Shown: piece after piece, positions 56,201 through 64,000 of the stretch
Layout: each line of letters begins with the position of its first letter
Position numbering within the stretch: position 1 is the stretch's first letter
Source: the human T2T-CHM13v2.0 reference genome, Homo sapiens
Reading direction: 5' to 3' (one strand)
Length of the DNA stretch: 64,000 nucleotides
NCBI RefSeq assembly: GCF_009914755.1
Contig: NC_060940.1
Notes under the pieces: generated by a model
What the model saw: only the letters and a program-made list of their open reading frames with translations
The model's database searches: none
What the model was told of the DNA's origin: nothing
Translations under genes and position numbers: made by a program

Positions 56201-59200
56201 ATGATGATTCCATTCGATTCCATTTGATGATTGCATTCTATTTCATTTGATGATGATTCCATTCGAGTCCACTCGATGATTCCATTCGAGTCCATTTAAT
56301 GAATCCATTGGTTTCAATTCTATGATGATTACATTGGATTCCATTCGTTGATGATTTCATTCAGTTCCATTCAATGATGATTCCATTCAATTCCTTTCAA
56401 TGTTTCCATTCAATTCCATACGATGATGATTCCATTTGATTTGATTCGACAGTGAGCCATTCGATTCAATTTCATGATGATTCTATTTATTCAATTGGTT
56501 GACATTTCCATTCGATTCCATTCGATGATGATTCCCTTTGATTCCATTCAAAGATGATTCCATTCTAGCCCATTCAATCATTCCATTCGATTCTATTCAA
56601 TGATGATTCCATTCATGTCGATTTGGTGATTCCATTTGACTTCATTTGATGATGATTCCTTTCAAGTTCATTAGATGATTCCATTCGATTCCATTTGATG
56701 ATGATCCCATTCGAGTCCATTCAGTGATTCCATTCGTTTCCATTCCATGATGATTCCATTCCTTTCCATTCAATGATTCCATTCGATTCCGTTTGATGAT
56801 GATTTCATTCGAGTCCATTTGATGATTCCATTTGATTCCATTCGATGATGATTCCATTCGAGTCCATTCGATGATTCTATTCGAATCCATTTGATGATTT
56901 CTTTTGATTATATTTGGTGATGATTCCATTGGAGTCCATTCAATGATTCCATTCTATTCCAATCGATGATGATTCCATTAGAGTCCATTTAATGATTCCA
57001 TTTGATTCCAGTCTCTGATGATTACATTCGAGTCCATACGATGATTCCACTCAATTCCATATGATGATGATTCCATTTGATTCCATTCGGTGATTCCATT
57101 CTATTCTATTCAATGGTGATTCCATTCGAGTACATTAGATGATTCCATTCGATTCCATTCAATGATGATTCTATTTGTGTCCCTTAGATGATTCCACATG
57201 ATTCCATTAGATGATGATACTATTTGAGCCCATCCAATGATTCCCTTCGATTCCATTCGATGAGGATTCCATTCGATTCAATTCATTGGTGATTCTATTC
57301 AATTCAATTCTTTGATTCCATTCCATTCCATTAGACAATGATTCCATTCGATTTCTTTCGATGATTCCACTCGATTCCACTTGACATAGATTCCATTCGA
57401 TTCCATTCAATGATTCCATTTGATTCCAGTGGATGATGATTGCCATCGATTCCATTCGATCACTCCATTCTATTCCATTTGATGATGATTACATTCGATT
57501 CCATTTGATGATTCCATCTGATTCTATTCGAGGATTCCATTTGATTCCATTCGATGATGATTCCATTCGAGTCCATTCGATGATTTCATTCAAGTACATC
57601 CAATGACTCCATTCGAGTCCATTAGATGATTCCATTTGATTCCATTTGAAAATGATTCTACTAGCGTCCATTCAATGACTCCATTCGATTCCATTCAACA
57701 ATTCCATTCGACTCCATTCGATGATTCCATTCGATTCCATTTGATGGTTCCATTCGAGTCCATTTAATCATTACAGTCGAGTCCATTTGGTGATTCCACT
57801 GGATTTCTTTTGATAATGATACCATTCAATTACATTTGATGATGATCCCATTCAATTTCATTTGATGATGATTCCATTAGAGTCCATTCGATGATTTCAT
57901 TCGAGTCCCTTCATTGATTCCATCCGATTTCATTGGATGATGACTCCATTCGAGTCCATTCGATGATTCCACTCGATTCCATTAGATGATTCCATTGGAG
58001 TCCATTTGATTGTTCCATTCGATTCCATTCGATTCCTTTCGAAGATTATTCCATTTGAGTCCATTCGATGATGATTCCATTCCATTCCATTCGATGATTC
58101 CGTTTGATTCCATTCGATGATTCCCTTTGATTCCTTTCTGTGATGATTCCATTCCATTCCATTCAATGATTCCATTCGAATCTATTCCATGATGATTCCT
58201 TTCGATTCCATTCGCTGATGTTTCCGTTCAATTCCATTCGATGATGATTCCATTCGATCCCATTCATTGAGGATTCCATTTGATTCCATTCAATGATGAT
58301 TCCATTCTATTCCATTCAATGATTGCATTCAATTCCATTCAATGATTATCCCCTTAGAGTAAACTCAACGATTCCATTCAATACCATTCGATGATGATTC
58401 CTTTTGAGTCCATTCAATGATTTCATTCAAGTCCATTTGATGATTCCTTTCAATTCCATTCTATGATGATTCCATTCGAGTCCATTCGATGATTCCATTC
58501 GATTGCATTCGATGATTCCATTATATTCCATTCAACGGTGATTCCATTCGAGTCCATTCGATGATTCCATTAGAGTACATTTAATGATTGCTTTGTTTTC
58601 AATTCGAAGATGATTACATTGGATTCCATTCTATGATACCATTCGATTCCATTCAATGATGATTCCACTCAAATCCATTGGATGATTCCATTCGTGTCCA
58701 TTCGGTGATTTCATTACATTCCATTCGAGGATGATTCCATTCGATTCCATTCGATGATTCCATTCAATTCCATTCGATGATGATTCCATTCCAGTCCATA
58801 TGATCATTCCATTTGATTTGATTCGATGATGATTCCATTCGATTCCTTTCGACGATTCCATTCTATTCCATTCGATGATGATTCCATTCGAGTCCATTCG
58901 ATGATTCCATTCGAGTCCATTTAATGATTCCATTGGGTTCAATTCAATGATGATTACATTGGATTCCGTTCTATGATTCCATTCAATTCCGTTCATTGAC
59001 AATTTGATTCCATTCGATGATGATTCCATTTGAGTTCATTCGATGATTCTATTCGATTCTCTTCGATGGTGATTCAATTCTATTATATTGGATGATTCCA
59101 TTCGATTCCATTTGATGTTGATTCAATTCGATTCTATTCGATGATGATTCCATTGGATTTCACTTGATGATTCTATTCGATTCCATTCAATGATGATTCA

Positions 59201-59284
59201 CTTCTCGTCCATTGGATGATTCCATTTCATTCCATTCGATGATGATTCCATTCGATTCCATTCGATGATTCCATTTGATTCCAT
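53223..59284 (+). repeat. HOR copy U10, 6062 bp (49-bp and 1-bp deletions)
   Basis: Landmarks at 53223 and 59285. Deletions at ~53970-53990 and ~56489. 6112-49-1=6062. Confidence 0.9.
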
Positions 59285-62200
59285 GCGACGGTGAGCAATT
59301 CGATTCAATTCCATGATGATTCTATTTGATTCAATTAGATGATGTTTCCATTCGAATCCATTCCATGATTATTCCATTGGAATCCATTCGGCGATGATTC
59401 CATATGAGTCAATTCAATGATGATTCCATATGGGTCCGTTCGATGATAATTCCATTTGATTTCATTCGATGCTTCTATTCTATTCCAGTCGATGATGATT
59501 CCGTTGGAGTCCATACGATGATTCCATTTGATTTCATTTGATGATGATTCCATTCGATGATGATTACATTGGATTCCATTCTATGATTCCATTCAATTCC
59601 ATTCGTTGATGATTCGATTCCATTCAATGATGATTCCATTTGAGTTCATTCGATGATTCTATTCGATTCCGTTCGATGGTGATTCAATTCTATTATATTG
59701 GATGATTCCACTCGATTCCATTTGATGATTATTCCATTGGAGTCCACTTAGTGAATCCTTTAGATTCTACTCGACGATGATTCCATTCGAGTCCATTCGA
59801 TGATACCATTCAATTCCATTCGTTGATGCTTCCATTCAAGTGCATTCGATGATATCATTCGATTCCATTTGATGATAATTCCATTTGATTCCATGCGATG
59901 ATTCTATTCGATTCCATTCAATGATAATTCCATTCAATTCAGTGATTCCTCTGGACTCCATTTGATGATGATTCCATTCAATGATTCCATTCGATTCTAT
60001 TCGAAAATGATTCCATTTGAATCCATTTGATGATGATTCCATTAGATTCCATTTGATGATTCCATTCGATTCCATTCGACGATGATTCCATTCGATTCCG
60101 TTTGATGATTCCATTCTATTCTATTCGATGATGATTCCATTCGATTCCATTCGATGATGATTGGATTCGATTCCATTGGATGATTTCATTTGATTCCATT
60201 CGTTAATGATTTCGATCAATTCCATTCGATGATTCCATTCGATTCCATTCGATAATGATTACATCCGAGTCCATTCTATGATTCCATTGGAGCCTGTTCG
60301 ATAATTCCATTTGAGTCCAACCAATGATTCCATTCATTTCCATTCAATGATTCCATTCGAGTCCATTTGATCATTCCGGTAGGGTCCATTCGATGTTGAT
60401 TCCATTGGAGTGCATTCGATGATTCCATTCGAGTCCATTTTAGGATTTGATTCGAGTCCTTTCGATGATTCCATTCGATTCCACTCGATGATTTCATTCG
60501 AGTCCATTCGACACTTCCAATCGATTCCATTTGATGATTCCATTCGAGTCCAATTGATGATTCCATTCAATTCCATTCGATGATGATTCCGTACGATTCC
60601 ATTCTGTGATGATTCCATGTGATTGCATTCAATGATGTTTCCTTTCGATTGCATTCGATTATGATTCATTTCGTGTTCATTCTATGGTTCTACAGGTTTC
60701 CATTCGTGTCCATTCCATTATTCCATTCTATTCCATTTGATGATGATTCCATTCGATTCCATTCATTGGTGATTCCACTCAATTCCATTCAATGATTCCA
60801 TTCCATTTCTTTCAACAATGATTCCATTAGTTTCTAATCGATGATCCACTTGATTCCATTTGACGACGATTCCATTCTTGTCCATTCGATGATTCCATTT
60901 GATTCCATATGATGATGATTCCATTCGATTCCATACCATGATGATTCCATTCGAGTCCATTCAATGGTGATTCCATTCAATTCCATTCGATGATTCCTTT
61001 TGATTCCATTCGATGATGATGGCATTCGATTCCTTTCAATCATTCCCTTTGATTCCATTCAAAGGTGATTTCATTCAAGTCCATTCGATAATTGAATTCG
61101 ATTCCATTCTATGATGATTCCATTCGAGTCCATTTGATGATTCCATTCAATTCAAGTCAATGATGATTCCATTCGATTCCATTTGATGATTCCATGGGAT
61201 TCCATTCGATGATGATTCCATTCAAATCCATTCGATAATTCAATTCAAGTCCATTCGATGATGATTCCAATCGAATCCATTCAAAGATTCCATTCAGTTC
61301 CATTCGATGATTCCCTTAGATTCCATTCGATGATTCCACTTGATTGCATTTACGATGATTCCATTCGATTCCATGTGATGATTCCATTCAATTCTATTCA
61401 ATGATGTCTCCATTTGATTCCATTCGACCATGATTGCCTTTGATTCCATTCAATGATTCCATTCGGTTCCGTTTGATGATGATTCCGTTCGATTCCATTT
61501 GATGATTCCATTGGATTCCATTGGATGAGTCCATTCGATTACATTCGATGATTATTCCATTCGAGTGCATTAGATGATTCCATTCGAGTCCATTCGATGA
61601 TTCCATTCGATTCCATTCGATGTTGATTCTGTTCAAATCCATTCGATGATTCCACTCGATTCCATTCGTTGACTCCATTTGATCCCATTCGATGATTTCC
61701 TTTGATTCCCTTTGATGATCATTCCATTTGATTCAATTCGGTGATTTCATTTGATTCCATTCAGTGATGTTTCCATTCGACTCCATTCGATGATGATTCC
61801 ATTCGACTCCATTCGATTATGATTTCATTCAATTCCATTCGATAATGATTCCCTTCGAGTCCATTCGATGATTCCATTCGATTCCATTCAACGATGATTT
61901 GATTCGTGTCCATTCGATGATTCCATTTGATTCCACTTGATGATGATTCCATTCGAGTCCATTTGATGATTCCATTCAATTCCATACTCCGATGATTTCT
62001 TTTGAGCCCACTCAATGCTTCCACTCGATTCCATATGATGATGACTCCATTCGATGAAATTCGATGATGATTCCATTCGCTTGCTTTCGATGATGATTCC
62101 ACTTGAGTCCGTTAGAAGATTCTATTCAATTACATTCCATGACGATTCCGTTCGAGTATATTTGATGATTCCATTAGACTCCATTCGACGATGATTCCAT

Positions 62201-64000
62201 TCGATGTTATTCGATGATTCCATTCGATCTCATTCGATGATGATTCCATTCAACTCCATTCGATGTTTCCATTCGAGTTCATTCTATTATTCCATTAGAT
62301 TCCATTCGATGATGATTCCATTCGATTCCATTTGATGATTGCATTCTATTTCATTTGATGATGATTCCATTCGAGTCCACTCGATGATTCCATTCGAGTC
62401 CATTTAATGAATACATTGGTTTCAATTCTATGATGATTACATTGGATTCCATTCGTTGATGAATTCATTCGGCTCCATTCAATGATGATTCCATTCAATT
62501 CCTTTCAATGTTTCCATTCAATTCCATACGATGATGATTCCATTTGATTTGATTCGACAGTGAGCCATTCGATTCAATTCCATGATGATTCTATTTGATT
62601 CAATTGGTTGACATTTCCATTCGATTCCATTCGATGATGATTCCCTTTGATTCCGTTCAAAGATGATTCCATTCTAGCCCATTCAATCATTCCATTCGAT
62701 TCTATTCAATGATGATTCCATTCATGTCGATTTGGTGATTCCATTTGACTTCATTTGATGATGATTCCTTTCAAGTTCATTAGATGATTCCATTCGATTC
62801 CATTTGATGATGATCCCATTCGAGTCCATTCAGTGATTCCATTCGTTTCCATTCCATGATGATTCCATTCCTTTCCATTCAATGATTCCATTCGATTCCG
62901 TTTGATGATGATTTCATTCGAGTCCATTTGATGATTCCATTTGATTCCATTCGATGATGATTCCATTCGAGTCCATTCGATGATTCTATTCGAATCCATT
63001 TGATGATTTCTTTTGATTATATTTGGTGATGATTCCATTGGAGTCCATTCAATGATTCCATTCTATTCCAATCGATGATGATTCCATTAGAGTCCATTTA
63101 ATGATTCCATTTGATTCCAGTCTCTGATGATTACATTCGAGTCCATACGATGATTCCACTCAATTCCATATGATGATGATTCCATTTGATTCCATTCGGT
63201 GATTCCATTCTATTCTATTCAATGGTGATTCCATTCGAGTACATTAGATGATTCCATTCGATTCCATTCAATGATGATTCTATTTGTGTCCCTTAGATGA
63301 TTCCACATGATTCCATTAGATGATGATACTATTTGAGCCCATCCAATGATTCCCTTCGATTCCATTCGATGAGGATTCCATTCGATTCAATTCATTGGTG
63401 ATTCTATTCAATTCAATTCTTTGATTCCATTCCATTCCATTCGACAATGATTCCATTCGATTTCTTTCGATGATTCCACTCGATTCCACTTGACATTGAT
63501 TCCATTCGATTCCATTCAATGATTCCATTTGATTCCAGTGGATGATGATTGCCATCGATTCCATTCGATCACTCCATTCTATTCCATTTGATGATGATTA
63601 CATTCGATTCCATTTGATGATTCCATCTGATTCTATTCGAGGATTCCATTTGATTCCATTCGCTGATGATTCCATTCGAGTCCATTCGATGATTTCATTC
63701 AAGTACATCCAATGATTCCATTCGAGTCCATTAGATGATTCCATTTGATTCCATTTGAAAATGATTCTACTAGAGTCCATTCAATGACTCCATTCGATTC
63801 CATTCAACAATTCCATTCGACTCCATTCGATGATTCCATTCGATTCCATTTGATGGTTCCATTCGAGTCCATTTAATCATTACAGTCGAGTCCATTTGGT
63901 GATTCCACTGGATTTCTTTTGATAATGATACCATTCCATTACATTTGATGATGATCCCATTCAATTTCATTTGATGATGATTCCATTAGAGTCCATTCGA
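59285..64000 (+). repeat. HOR copy U11 (partial, runs off the window; 3-bp deletion at ~60490)
   Basis: Landmark at 59285. Contains the 374-bp segment (GACAGTGAGCC at ~62556). ORF offsets are shortened by 3 bp after ~60490. Confidence 0.9.

Larger units (their letters stand above)
1..64000 (+). repeat. Human satellite II (HSat2/HSATII) pericentromeric tandem array, probably the HSat2B/chr16q11.2 type with ~6.1-kb periodicity
   Basis: Continuous ATTCCATTCG(ATG)n / CATTCGATTC / CATTCGAGTC units with abundant TCGA sites. This is typical of HSat2 rather than the near-pure (CATTC)n of HSat3. Orientation is the same throughout. The chromosome assignment is inferred from the period only. Confidence 0.97.

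Noticed and set aside
639-63970. Over 100 minus-strand ORFs of 60-132 aa (MESSNGIEWNH-like peptides) recurring like a gene cluster
   Set aside because: They are direct translations of GGAAT/CGAAT/CAT repeats and overlap in several frames. They recur only because the HOR recurs, and they are broken by stops and frameshifts in some copies (e.g. ~6569, ~18410, ~53420). The strand bias arises because the + strand is saturated with TGA. No domain or splice structure is recognisable.
1-64000. CRISPR-like repeat-spacer array
   Set aside because: The 23-26-bp repeats abut one another with no unique spacers, and there is no leader sequence or cas gene. This is eukaryotic satellite DNA.
1-64000. Embedded transposon (Alu/L1), inversion or unique-sequence island
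   Set aside because: Reading through the window I saw no poly-A tail, no GC-rich or non-satellite segment, and no switch to GAATG on the + strand. All length differences between copies are explained by satellite-internal indels.
1-64000. HSat3, alpha satellite/CENP-B boxes or telomeric repeat
   Set aside because: Pure CATTC runs are only 3-4 units long, and CATTCGATG/ATGATG motifs dominate, as in HSat2. No 171-bp monomer or TTAGGG tract was seen.

Overview
The whole 64 kb is one uninterrupted, single-orientation array of classical human satellite II (HSat2/HSATII). It is built from CATTC-derived 23/26-bp units, (ATTCCATTCG)2(ATG)1-2, with the C/T-rich strand on +. These units are organised into a ~6.1-kb higher-order repeat (HOR) whose copies are nearly identical. 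The once-per-unit landmark GCGACGGTGAGC occurs at 1293, 7031, 13205, 18920, 24635, 30747, 36859, 42971, 49083, 53223 and 59285. This gives ten complete copies of 5738, 6174, 5715, 5715, 6112, 6112, 6112, 6112, 4140 and 6062 bp, plus two partial copies. From recall of the literature, a ~6.1-kb period best fits the HSat2B block of human chr16q11.2; this was not verified by alignment. I found no credible genes, RNA genes, transposons or CRISPR arrays, and the ORF track is an artefact of translating GGAAT/GAATG repeats. I do not see a new biological system here. The informative signal is the array's internal history: homology-bounded deletions (374, 1968, 49 and 23 bp), a 62-bp duplication, alternating HOR lineages, mosaic sharing of variants between distant copies, older paralogous sub-blocks inside the HOR, and recurring DUX4-type motifs.
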